From NCBI GenBank assembly GCA_002633005.1, contig NMRA01000574.1, forward strand, positions 205,485 to 269,484: 64,000 nt of DNA, given 5' to 3'. The DNA comes from Phoronis australis. Taxonomy: Eukaryota; Animalia; Phoronida. The translations under genes were made by a program, and so were the position numbers. Shown here in pieces: positions 49,517 through 61,674 of this stretch; within the stretch, counting starts at the first letter, position 1; each line of letters begins with the position of its first letter. The notes below the pieces were generated by a model. The model was not told the DNA's origin and made no database searches. It worked only from the letters and a program-made list of their open reading frames with translations.

Positions 49517-50099
49517 ACTAGGGCTATATGTGCAGTGTAGAAACTGGGTACATTTTTTAGAAATATTTCATCTCAAACTGGATGGAGTCTCTTTTAATTA
49601 TTTGCCAAGTGTCAGACGCCTGGGGTTGCTGGTTCTATTCCTGGAGTCTCCTAGAAAATGCAGTAGGTCTACTGGCGAGTTTTTTAATACCTGTCGTCAG
49701 CCTGATAGTGTAAGTGTGCTATTTTTCATTTCAATCAAGAAGTCGTTTCTTATCACTGACTGGTGAATTAATATCTGCGTAATAACTGCACAAGAATTCA
49801 CGTTTTCGATAAGTTGTGGTCAAAATCTGTAAAATGTAGCAATGAAAGCCTCAGCCCAGGACCAAAGCTGAGTCCAGCAGTGAGTGTCACTGCACTGGCA
49901 CGGCTGGCCAGCGAGGCGGCCCGTCCGTGCATGCCATCAATCCCTGCTATTACAGTCTACAATCAGCCGAACGGCAGTGTTGCACAGCAATGGAGAAAAC
50001 CAGCAACGTTATCAGTCATTTTCACGAATTTCGTTTTTAAAAGGCTAATTTGGCACTAGCCTTACATTTAACCAAATGACGAAGACAATCTCATTCAAA

Positions 50100-50256
50100 C
50101 TCACCTCACTGAGCCTTGCTTGGTGAAGTACGAATGTTGAGCAGACGGCTATCACCAAAACAGTAGAGTTGTGGGATAGTTTGGTGGAATTCGCCAATCA
50201 GGTAACAGTATTTCAGATTATCCGAGCCTGCCAAAGTGTCATTTCCGCATGTTGAG
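50100..50256. promoter_or_regulatory. Probable bidirectional promoter and non-coding first exon of the LRRC74-like gene
   Basis: Consensus minus-strand donor GAG/GTGAGT at 50104 is ~150 bp from the plus-strand ATG at 50257; CCAAT at 50194; loose ZNF143/Staf-like site at 50162-50182. Confidence 0.5.
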
Positions 50257-53200
50257 ATGGAATCAGCTGTTGACGATCTTCATAGTGTTAAATATAAAGC
50301 GCAACATTTAAGCAGTATTGCAAACTTGTATGCTGAAAAATCGCCAGAATTAGGGAAGGTTTACGGGTAATGATGATGTTAATAATTTGTGTCTCAAAGA
50401 ATGGTTGATAAATCAATGAATGAATATTTATCCGATGGCGATGGTAAACATGACTAATGAGCACTGCCACTTTGACTTTGAGTGAGTTTGAGTCAGACTC
50501 ACTGTCACTACACTGACTAATCCGATATATATAGTGGACCCTGATTTAGAGAACCAGGCAATTACTGAATAACGCGCCTGTTACTGAGTGGATGAAACTG
50601 GTTCTCTTAATTATGTAGGGAATGAAACCAGCGACCTGGATAAAACCGGCGAGCATGCTAACCATGCATTCAGCTAAGCGGCAATTGCCCATTAGCAAGT
50701 GCCTAACAGAGCCAGAGGCTCATGTGATTCACCGGAATCTCGTCTACAACATCACTGTCCACCAGATCCGACTAGTGCTCAAAACATGAACGTCAGTAAG
50801 CGTCAGATAGGATCGGTAACATGTCACTACTATGAAGGTTCACCACTCCAAAGTTTCAGTGTTTTAAAGCCAGGTTCACTAATGAGGCAGAACTGACGTG
50901 CATAAAGTATTGCATTTGTGTCAATTTAGTAACCACTTAAAGGGTATGCAAAAGTTGAATAGTTTTTGAAACATTGATTGCATTGTGAAAAGATGAGCAC
51001 AGTTCCAGTCACTTACAATTGTGATTCTTGACTCTAAAGCCCATGAATATTCGTGACTAGGTTTGAACCTGTGCCCTTTGGGTGCACCTGATGATAAAAA
51101 GCGTGCCTTTTTTAAAGTGGCAACATATGAAACAGGAACCCCAAGGGCAGAAATAAGAACAGCCACGTTTTGCCTGACTGGCTACAAGTTGACTAGAATC
51201 TTGCATTTTTGGAAGTGATGCGTTTTAAAAATGCGTCCGTGGGCGCAGTGCTGCATTGTACTCGCGCCTTTTTATTTTTTGATGCGCTTATGGCACAAAG
51301 GCGCAGTCCAGGAATATCCTGAAAGCCATTCATTCTCTAACGTGGACATATTTTATTTCATGTTTATAAGTCTGGCAACTAACAATAGAAAGATTAATAT
51401 CAGCCCTCTAAAAAAACGGTATGGTCAGGAATACAAACTTAATGGGAGTTACTTGTAATTTGATAGAATTTTCTGTTTTTACTTATAGCAAAGTAAAATT
51501 CTGGTGGTTGTATTTGATGCATGAGCTTTAGCTTTTCTGTATAAACATCAACATTCCTTGATTTTTGACAGTTGAGCTCTTGGGCTTAAAGAACTTAAAA
51601 GTGAAAATCCCTCATATTCTTTTGCAGCTTATAGAATAAATATAGATTATTACATGTTCTCAGTTGTTATCTCCCATATTCTAGAGCCAGAGTGGATTTC
51701 GGAGAATTACCGTCCATGACTTACCACACTTTGTTCTGGTGCCTTTGGGTACAGCCAACTGATCATACAAGAGATGTTTCCTGTTTTTAGCCACCCGGAA
51801 CATTGCTTTCACCTGGGCTAGTCTGTGCCTTTATTCAATACTCGAGAGCCCAAGAATGTATCTCATTGCTGCTATCGGGGTGTCCTGAGTACATCCAAGG
51901 ATAATTTGCATCCCAGTGTTCTGTATCCTCTTTAATTTCATCATTTGTGTCTTGGATGCTGTGATGATGCCCAAACCGTAATCAATGACTGACAATACTA
52001 CCGCCTTGAAGAAAGTCAATAGCTGGCGTCTTTCTACTCTACAGGTAGCCACGGTTTTTAATACAGCTAGTCCATATGCGCACCGCTTAATTAGGTGGTT
52101 CACATGCTCTTTGTAACTCAGCGTTCTATCAAACGTTATCGTCAGGTACTTAAGGCCAGGTACTCTTTCCACTTCCTCTCCTTCTATTCTCACTTGTGTC
52201 AGGTCTTTGCGTACTATATGGTTATCCAGAGAACACCAAAACGCTGCTGCCTTAGCGGGGTTCACATCTGCATTAAATTCATCACACCATTCATTGACCT
52301 CCTTCAGAGCCCTTCCCGCAACCTCAACCATGTCATCTCTGTTGGTGCCTGCTGTATATATAAGAGCATCATCTGCGAAAGTTAATATTCTTCCCCCCGG
52401 TTTAGTCATACTCGCAAGCCGACTCGTGTAGATGTTGTACATTACTGGTGACAGTGGTGATCCTTGTGGAAGTCCAGGAGTTATAAACTGTATTTGACAC
52501 CCACTGCTCCAAAAGTAGCGCAACCGTGCATTTCATTAGTGCGCTTGCCACCCAGTTAATGAGATGCGGCTCCAGCTGACAATCGACCAGCAGGTTCATA
52601 AGTTTTTCGTATGGTACCCAGTTATAGGTGTCTTCAAGATCAAATGCCACTGCTATAGTTTCCTCCTTCCTCTGAAACGCCTCATAAGTGTCCTAGGCAA
52701 AAATTGCAATGTTTGCCCATGTATCTTTTCCTCTTCTGTAGCTACCAAGAGTTGCAGGTAATACCCCCAAGACCTCAAGATTGTATACAATGATCTGTGC
52801 CACCATTTCTCCATCAATTTACCAGCGGTGTTTTGCATAGTGATCACTCTGTAACCATTTAGCTTCGTGTGATTCCTGCCTGGTTTTGGTATCACTGCCA
52901 GGTAAATATGGAGCCAATCTTCCGCAACCACTCCCATGCTTAGGCTCTCATTGTACATATTGGCAAAATCTTGTAGCTCCTGGTCAGACAGACTGTCTAT
53001 AGCACGTTGTAATCGATTTGATCAGGTCCCGGTGCCGTGTTCTTCGAGCTTGACAGTGTAGATTTGATATCTTCAACAGTAAAAGTTATGGGAGAAGCCG
53101 TGCCACTGATGAAGCTGTGCGTTTTGTCTTTCATTTGGACTGACTCTTTCCTCAAGATTTTTCTGACCAGTCTGTTCCAGGTATCATCCTAAAAAGGCAG

Positions 53201-56200
53201 GACCCTTGCTTTCAGCAGTTTCCAAGAGTGTTCCGTCGGCTAGTTTGATGGGCCTGTTGGTTGTGGCAGATTCTCGTTTATTCATACTTTTGTGGAGGCG
53301 CCAAAACTCCCCAAGAGCCCGATCATTTCGAACGTTGTTGAAAAACATCGCCCAGCGTTCACTCTTGGCCCGTTTGGCTTTGGTTTTAAGGTCCTGAACT
53401 GCCTTCTTCATTTAATCTTTAGCTAATTCAATTTCTTCCTCCGTTGTTTGTTGGTTGTGCCTTAATGTTTGCCAAATTTTTGTTGTTTATGACCCCCAAG
53501 CCACGCCCACTTCCTCATTCCACCATGGTGGTTGCTTGTAGGCTTTCCTCTTCCTTCTTCCTTTTGACTTGTGCTTTTGCTGACGTAGTTTGGCTATAAG
53601 ATTTCCGTCAGTTGCATTGTGTGTATACTTAAACACATTTCTTCGGTGTTTAATCCTTGTTGCTTTGTGCTGTCTGATCAGGACCATGCATGGAAGATGG
53701 TCGCTTTCATGGCTACCTAGAGTGGTAAACTTGCAAACCCCCACGAGTCTTGGTGTCAGCAGGGCTAGATCTATACAACTGTCTGTTTCTCCTGTCCTCT
53801 GAGAAATCCTTGTAACTGTGCCGGCGTTAATGCATACAGCACCAAGTCTGTTTTTACCAACCAAGTTTCAAGGTCTTCTCCTTGTGGATTTGTTGTTGCG
53901 TTGTCCAACAGTGATGTCTGAGCGTTGAAATCTCCACAAAATATATCCTCTCAATTCAGGGCTGAGACAACATCTTGCAAAACGTTCCAATCGTTTGTGC
54001 TTGTAAGCATATTATTGCATGCATATATGTTGATAATGTTTATGCTTAATTGGGAATATTTGATTTTAACACCCTGCATTTGTATCCTATCATTGCTTTA
54101 ATTTTCAAGGTCTAATTTTGTTGCTGAAATACCAGACCTAATCAAGATGGCCTGTCCATGATTTGCATTGTCAGAGATCACTTCATATCCGAATATCTTA
54201 AGTGCTTTACCATCTTCCTTACATTTTGTCTCCTGTAGGGCCAGGACGTCGGTGTCATAGACTAATCTTTCTAGAATTTCTCCTCTCTGGTAGGTACTTC
54301 TGCAATTCCAAAAACACAACCTAAGGTTGGTTTTACTCAAACGTTGGCCCTTTGTTTCGTGCTCATGTTTCCCTGCTCGATGCCGTTTTTGTCGCTGGCC
54401 TGCTCGCTTTCCTCTCTTTCTTCTCCCTGCATTCCTTGTCTCAGCATGTAACGGGACCTCAAGCTCAGGGCACGTGCTCCGTAGCTCCGGCGAGGGTTCT
54501 GTTAAATTGTATGAAATTTCCATATGAATAATTGTTTTCACCAGGAATTAAAACCATTCGTTTGGCAGAGCCTGCATACCAGATACCATTAAATTTAAGA
54601 CGCTAGTGACTTCTATCCCTTCGCCATTCAGCCCCTCAGCACGTCGACCTTGAGCTTGGGGTTTTTTATCGAGGTTGTCTCCTCTAGATTCGTTCTGTTC
54701 TGTTCCTAGACAACGAGGTCTAGGTTAGCAGGGTCACCTCGAGAAGGTTGTGGCTCTTTGCTCACACTCAACGATCTTGAAGTATGAGAGGTTTGCCCTA
54801 CCAAGGGACACACCCTTTTCAATGTACAAGTACCGCTAGGTATGGGGGTACTTAAGGGGAGGCAGCTAGTGTGACTCGCTGCCCAAGCACCCTAACATCA
54901 TTACTCCCTGAGTCTACATGACTCAGAGATAAATTTCACTGTATTAAAATATTGTTTTTATGGAAATTATGCGTCTTATTTTTCATAGCGTATAAATGTT
55001 GGTACAATGCCCTTTGTTGAACATGCGATTGTTGAGCATGCTCATTTAAGTATTCTATTTTCATGTTCGATTACGTCAGCCGCTGAGTGGTGCAGTGGTA
55101 AAGTCGATGACTCGAAACTCATGCGGACCAGGTTCGAAACCAGCCTCGGTTTCCCGCCATAATGTTATCTCACTAGTGAGATAACTGAATGGGTTATTAC
55201 ACGGTTGTATCTGCCATTTGAGGCTAATATTGTGGTATAAAGTATCTGTATATGCAATTTTCGTGAAAGAAAAAACATGTTTCTGGGAAATATGTCGATC
55301 TCCGTGAAAAATCATGATTTTTGAGAAAAAACAATCATTTGATTATGAAGGTCTGGACATTGCTTTCACGCACATATTTAGATTCTATGATCATCAAATA
55401 TTTTAGAAATATATTGTTTTGTAATGTATATGTTTATTTAAGAATCTAATTCAATTTTATGTAACAAATAACAACACTTTAAAAATTGTCTGAGGTTTTT
55501 TGATCCTTTTTTATTTTACTGTTTCTGTTGCAGAAAAAAATTTCAAGACTTGCTCAACTCCTTATCTCAACACCAGGAGGGAAATGCGTTGGATTCCTTA
55601 ATGTGCCCATTCTGTGGCAGCTTGTACCTCCCCGACAATCATACACTGAGAATAAGGCCACGTATGAGATGCACAAAACAAATAAAAAGACTGGACAGCA
55701 AGCAAAACCAGGAAGGAGTGAAGCTTGGAAAATTTAAAGCTCGAATGTTAAACATGTTTGCTCAAAGCACAGCGGATATGGTAATTTTGGTCGTGGAATT
55801 GTTTCAGATGTAGTTATCATGGTGTTGATGGAAAATCTTAAAATATCAAAGTATGCATGCAGGGTCAGTTATATTGAAATATTTATGTGTTTTTGTGGCT
55901 TTCTTTGTTAATAACTTTAAAGTATATGAAAGTTGATAAGTGTGCAGCAGCTGGTTCAAACTGTAAAACATAAAAATTGTGTGCACTTTAGTTTAACAAA
56001 TTTTTGAGAAAATATCACATAAGGTTTTTAGTTTGTTTTTGAAATTCATGGCTACCATTTTTGGCCACCCTGTACATGTCAGACAGGGTTCTTTTTCTTT
56101 GTTCTGTGTTTTTCCACTTATTTCACTGCCGATTTATTTTTCCGGTTAGTATTTCATTTATTGGCGTAATAATGAGAACAATTGTAATAATATTGACATT

Positions 56201-59049
56201 TCTTCTTGGCAGGTAATTTTGTGTCTTTCCTGCAACAGAAGAAATGTTATTCATGGACAGAGCAGGGAAAACAAAACAAAAACTAAACTAAAGCTCTCCC
56301 TCCTGCTCACTCCCGAGCATATTGCCGTCAAAAAGAAGAAGAAGAGAAAACGAAAGAAGTCAGATTTCTCTCTTCTGAATTCTACTTCATCATCGCTAGA
56401 TTCCAGCCTTTCAGTTCAGATGTTAACAAGGTAGGAGGAATGTTGTACAAAGTTGGATCACCAGACGTTTCGTTTGATGTGTACACTATAGCAGTTTTGA
56501 AAAAATGACAAATTCTATCAAAAGTCACCTAACTTTATCCAGGATATGGCAAAAAACCCAGAAGGATACCAAAGGAATAATAATGCCGTAATTTTTCGGG
56601 TTGATGCCCTTGCTCGGCCTAATGCTTATCCCTGAAATTTCCAAATTTCATTTTTACAACACCTGTGATCAGTTTCAACTGAGTACCCTCAGTTTATATG
56701 ACCGCGGTTTTTTTCAATAAATGTGTTTATGTCAGTAACAGTCAGTCAGTTTCAGTGGAACCTTGGCTTATTCGAGCGGGAAAATACCCATGCTCTCCTG
56801 CTCTTTACTGAAGGAAACATCATAAAGTGTTTCTGTTAATGTCTTGCACATTTTAAAATTACTGTGCTCATGCAAAATAACAGTGAAAGCATGTATGTGA
56901 GCAATGGGTGGTGTTTGGATTGGAAAATTTATAGCATAAAATGCTACTCAACTACTGAGCGCGATCACTCCTTTCTATACTGTAAGTCCCTTACTACACA
57001 CCTTTCTTTACTGTAAGTCTCTCACTACATTGTCTTGATAAGCTGATGTTTTATCTGACTCATACATGTGAAGACTGACGTTCAACCTAACTCCCTGGTC
57101 ATTAACATGATCCACCATTTGGTGTTAAAGCACCCACCCCTACTCCTAAGAATTTCGTTTTCAAGTGCTCATGCTGGAGCTAATGCCCATTTCCTCATTT
57201 TTGAGTTTCCCAATTTAGGTGCCCCGGGCGGTAACTCGGACGAGTATGGTAGTATGTCATTTGAAAATCTGCCAAAAAATTGGCTTCAAAAGTTTGGTGA
57301 TTTTTGACATGAAGATTCTATAATTTACAACCACCGTAGTAAGTGATCGTACTGTACACATCATTTTGGGGACCAATGACAAGCTGTCACAAAAATGTTG
57401 ACAGTAAAGTGAGTCTGCAATGTCATCTTATTTGTCATTGGCTACTGTTAGTTTTGTCATGAAACACATTTATTTGTGTTCATGTGCATGGAAAATGACT
57501 TGGAACACAATGTGATACAACTGACTCTTCTTTTGTGTGTCATAAACTTCATTCAAATAACACTGTGATTAGGTGGTCAATGGCCAATGAACATTTTGTG
57601 TCGAGCTGCTTGTCTAGTTAATGAAGTACAGTCACATACCTGAATGATATGTGAAGGGATTATTTACTTCCAACTCTTCTCATCAGTTCACTCTAAACAC
57701 ATGGCCAAGGATTACTTTAGAAGTCGTTTTGGCACTTTCTTGGCCACTCCTCTTGGTGTTATGAGGAAATGAAGTACTCATTCCAACAACAGTGATGAAC
57801 TCTCCAGTGGGAATATTTTGTTGAACGAGACCTTGCATGCCTATGGCAACTTTTCCAACTTTGTTATCTTCCTCAAGTCAGGTGTTCAACCAACAGTGTT
57901 ATAACAACTCTCTGCTGCCATTGCAAGAACATGAATTATTAATAATGCTTCAAAAGGTTGGCAGTAAAGCAACATATGAATCTCAACCATGAGGCAAAAT
58001 ATTGGAGCTTGTGCCTCAAACATGAGTCATCAGCAGACAGGTTACGTAACTAAAGCTCCTCCTCTAATGATTGCTCTTGAGCCATACAGTTATGCTGGTG
58101 GCACAGTGTTCTCAACAACAGAAAATTCATACTCAACTGGAATTATAAATTTAAGGAGAAAATTTGACGGTCCATGTCCGTACTGTGAGATTTTTTGTGT
58201 TACGTCTTGGAATCAGCATTGAACTGGTACCAAAAATCCAAAATGTTGTAAATTACTAAAAGGTTTAACTGTGTTTACGCAGGTTTTCAAACTCAACGCA
58301 AGTAAGCTAAACTCGTCATCAGAAAATTCAAACTCAACATCGTGACGAGTCAAAACAGGCTTTGGAGAACATTGCATTTTGGCAGGTTCATGTTATTGTC
58401 TGTAAGCCGCATGTTTTAGACAGTGTGTTGGAGGACTCAGACTTAAATCTAATACAAGTTGCATGGCTTACTATTTCTGAGCCATCTTTAATGCTTCAGA
58501 AACAAATTCTGAAGAAGGCTTTTTACTATAACGACTGACCTTTTGTTGTCTTCAACACATTTTGGAGGTTTTTATACAGTGAGTTAGCACACGCCAGATT
58601 TTCTGCAATCCCCCTACGTGCCGTTATTAACTGCGTCTCCTCTGTTCACCTCTTCAAACTTCATTTACTCAAGTTTCAGATCGACAATTTCTACGGAAAA
58701 TATTTTATCACAGCATTGGAGATTTTGTTTTTTGTTGGTTTTCTCAAAAACTCTTTTACAGAGTTGGTATTGTTCACGACCCCGTGTGACTTCTCACTTT
58801 GTCAATTTTCTCCTTGTATTCCACAGCACTCCCAAGGCAACTCTGTTTACCCCTGCCAGGCCATCACCCAAGACACAGACAAGTTCTACAAGCTCGCCTA
58901 TTTTCGCAAGCCCTGCAGCATCGAGTGGTACCTCATCAAAGAAGAGCAAGAAGGCATTTCATTCACAGCTCAAATCGATGTTGATCAAAAATAAGGGAAA
59001 TGGAAGCACGCCTAAAACCTCTTTAAAGGACTTTTTGTCTAGTCTTTAG
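50257..59049 (+). CDS. C18orf21: UPF0711 C18orf21 / RMP24-like protein (Rpp21-like RNase MRP subunit), 4 exons, 265 aa
   Basis: Exons 50257-50366, 55534-55780, 56213-56430, 58827-59049; GT-AG, phases 2/0/2 consistent. CPFC..PDNHTLRIRP, CLSCNRRNVIHGQSR and HSQLKSML..LKDFLSSL* match the C18orf21 pattern as I recall it. Confidence 0.88.
51700..54890 (-). mobile_element. Non-LTR retrotransposon (I/Ingi/Nimb group), APE plus RT pseudogene, antisense in intron 1
   Basis: APE motifs FWNCRS, LALQETK, CGDFNA, IDLAL, SDHLP; RT motifs IPKPGR..GYRVI, FDLEDTYNWV, GLPQGSPLSPVMYNIY, FADD; frameshifts present; no ORF1 seen; appears 3'-truncated. Confidence 0.92.
55082..55160 (+). mobile_element. tRNA-derived SINE head or tRNA pseudogene
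   Basis: A box TGGTGCAGTGG, B box GGTTCGAAACC, GCTGAG/CTCGGT stem; the D, anticodon and T stems are imperfect. Confidence 0.6.
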
Positions 59050-61674
59050 GCGGCACTCAAATTGAAATGTGCAATTTTGTGTTGACACTTTGCAATGAAT
59101 TGGGAGAGAACCAAAATATCTCTAGGGTTCAGTTGCATCTGTAGTAATAAATTCAGTTTGGCAGGCATTTCCTTGTGCAAGTGTAAATATGAATTACGTG
59201 AGGAATTATCCACACAAAAGTGCCAATAGAGGGCAAGTATGCGCATAATGCTTCATTTAATACAGACTGGGCGGTCTCCACAACAGTCTATGCACTTTTT
59301 GGTTGTCACTTTTTACAAGTGTAAATCTGGAAATACACAAGTGCTGGATATGCCATCACTCATATTTTAGAACGTGCATTTTTGCCTGTGTTGAGCACGG
59401 TTATTGATATCTACGGAGTGAACCATTTTTTACATAAAATCTCTGAACTGTAGTTACAATTTGATCAATTTAAAGTTCACCTTTCTTCACTCAGGTCAAA
59501 TGTTTAGTTTAGACATCTACAATCATTGTGCAAGGGCAGATCCAGAAAGCGAATTTAGTGGCTATCCCCAAGTTTCCTTCTTTGTAAATTTGAGAACGGT
59601 TTTTAAATAATTGGAATCCTTGGGGAAGAATCATCAACCAGGACGATAAAGCAAGTTGAGACACTGAGGAACGATCATTTGGCAAAACCAAGTTTATAAG
59701 AGAAATTTGTTGTCACCCCACCCCAACCATTATCAAAACGCAACTTTCCCTCCAATTGGCCAATTGTATTCATGTCACTTCTGTATCTTCTCGTTCTGAT
59801 ATTTTGCCACCTGCACACTGGGCCTTGTGAATAATTGGAAAATGAATTTGTCACAAAGGCGCTGCACAGATCCCTGTTGAGTCTACAAATGTCTGCCACA
59901 CTTGTATATAACTGTGTTCTAAAAAGGGTCACTCTTTGATTCTCATAGACTGGATTTTGTGTCTCAATTGTCTTCTTTTCTGTCAGATTTGTTCCCATTG
60001 CTTGCCACAAAAAGGCCCACGTTACATTTCTTGCACTCATTAACTTTGTCATGATGACAGTAACCATACAGTGCTTCAATATCCCATGCAGAGCTGAAGA
60101 TACAACCCATCATCTCCGTGACAACCAATCAATATCTTTAATTGACATGCTATTGCTGCCCAAGTTTTCAGTAATTTTTAGCACAGAAGACCATTGTGTG
60201 TGATTTAGAAGACATCAGTGATTATAAACCATTAGGCTTTTGTGCCATGGTGAATTTCACCTTAATGCATGGACTGGGCAGCTGCCCCCCCCCNNNNNNN
60301 NNNNNNNNNNNNNNNNNNNNNNNNNNNNNNNNNNNNNNNNNNNNNNNNNNNNNNNNNNNNNNNNNNNNNNNNNNNNNNNNNNNNNNNNNNNNNNNNNNNN
60401 NNNNNNNNNNNNNNNNNNNNNNNNNNNNNNNNNNNNNNNNNNNNNNNNNNNNNNNNNNNNNNNNNNNNNNNNNNNNNNNNNNNNNNNNNNNNNNNNNNNN
60501 NNNNNNNNNNNNNNNNNNNNNNCCCCCCCCCAATCACTGTTCTTTCAATCATATATTTCATTGTCAAATTCCAGCCAGTCTTTCAAATGACATTTAGTGA
60601 TCATTTGATAAGTTCTGAAATTTTGAGAAGAATAAAGATTCTCAGAGAAATCCTACGTAGCCAGTATAAAGAAAATAAAGCAGTAAAGAACACCTCTTGA
60701 TGCAGTGAATGGAATTTGGATTCAAGTAAAGTTCTCTTTTATTCATAAATTAATACACAACTCAGACAAGACTCAGCAAAGTTAACTTATACATAAATGA
60801 ACAGTTTTCCGCTAGCTGGCTGTTCCTTTAGTCATGTGGGCTTCCTAATCTCTGCTTGTATGCCCTTCTACCTGCTGCCACTGTTTATTTCACTTCCACT
60901 ACATTTATTTTACCAAGTGCCCAAGGATGAGATATGTGCTCTCAAAATATATCTGCTATTTTACTTGTTTGTTTGTTTGTTTGTTTATAATGTCTATAGG
61001 CAATTTGCTTTACAACTGCTTACCAGAAATTGAGCAAGTATATATCAAGCTATCGAAAAGAAAGCTGTCGTGTTTTCAGTCAAGTTTGTGTAAATGAACA
61101 GTTGTCCATATAATTTACATATGACCTTGTAATAAGGATAAGCCATACTGAATGAAGCAAAATAACTCTGAGGTTGTAGCTGAAAGCAAACTTGTACATG
61201 GAAACAATGTGCTTTAACTACATGTAAGGTTCCTGCTTGCATTTGGGGCCCATGCGCCTATGTATATATAAAATAAAAGAAATTTTACTGAAGTATTTTG
61301 CATATTGGTGCTAGCAGCTATTTTTCACTTATTAGTACACGCGTCTAACCCTTGTATTTGTACTTGTGCACTTGTCTTAAACTGGGTGTTATTTGACCAT
61401 TATTAATACTCGGATATTGCGTCTTCCGACCCAGTTTTTATCAAGTTTTCACATTGGATTCATCTGCCTAAGTCTAGAAATGGGTGTAGCTTCACATACA
61501 GGCTCATGGGCCTAAATACAAGCATGTATGATAGTTTTTTTCATGACAATTACCCGAGCACACTTTAAATGTGGCACATCACAACGTAACCATGATTAAA
61601 AAAATTTGACCCAAATGACAAAACATATCGCATGAAATTCTGATGACAATGGTGAGTATGTCCAGAGACAAGGT

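Noticed and set aside
51085-51140. CTGATGA...GAAAC hammerhead-like spacing
   Set aside because: No convincing stem II adjoining the core boxes.
55082-55160. Functional tRNA-Ser(CGA)
   Set aside because: Stems are mismatched and there is no long variable arm; treated as SINE or pseudogene.
57790-57870. Intronic C/D snoRNA (GTGATGA)
   Set aside because: No D box or terminal stem at a suitable distance.
58283-58345. Extra Ser/Asn-rich exon of the C18orf21-like gene
   Set aside because: Its open frame needs a phase-0 acceptor, but the flanking exons join in phase 2.
60196-60700. ORFs spanning the N gap
   Set aside because: Artefacts of unknown bases flanked by poly-C.
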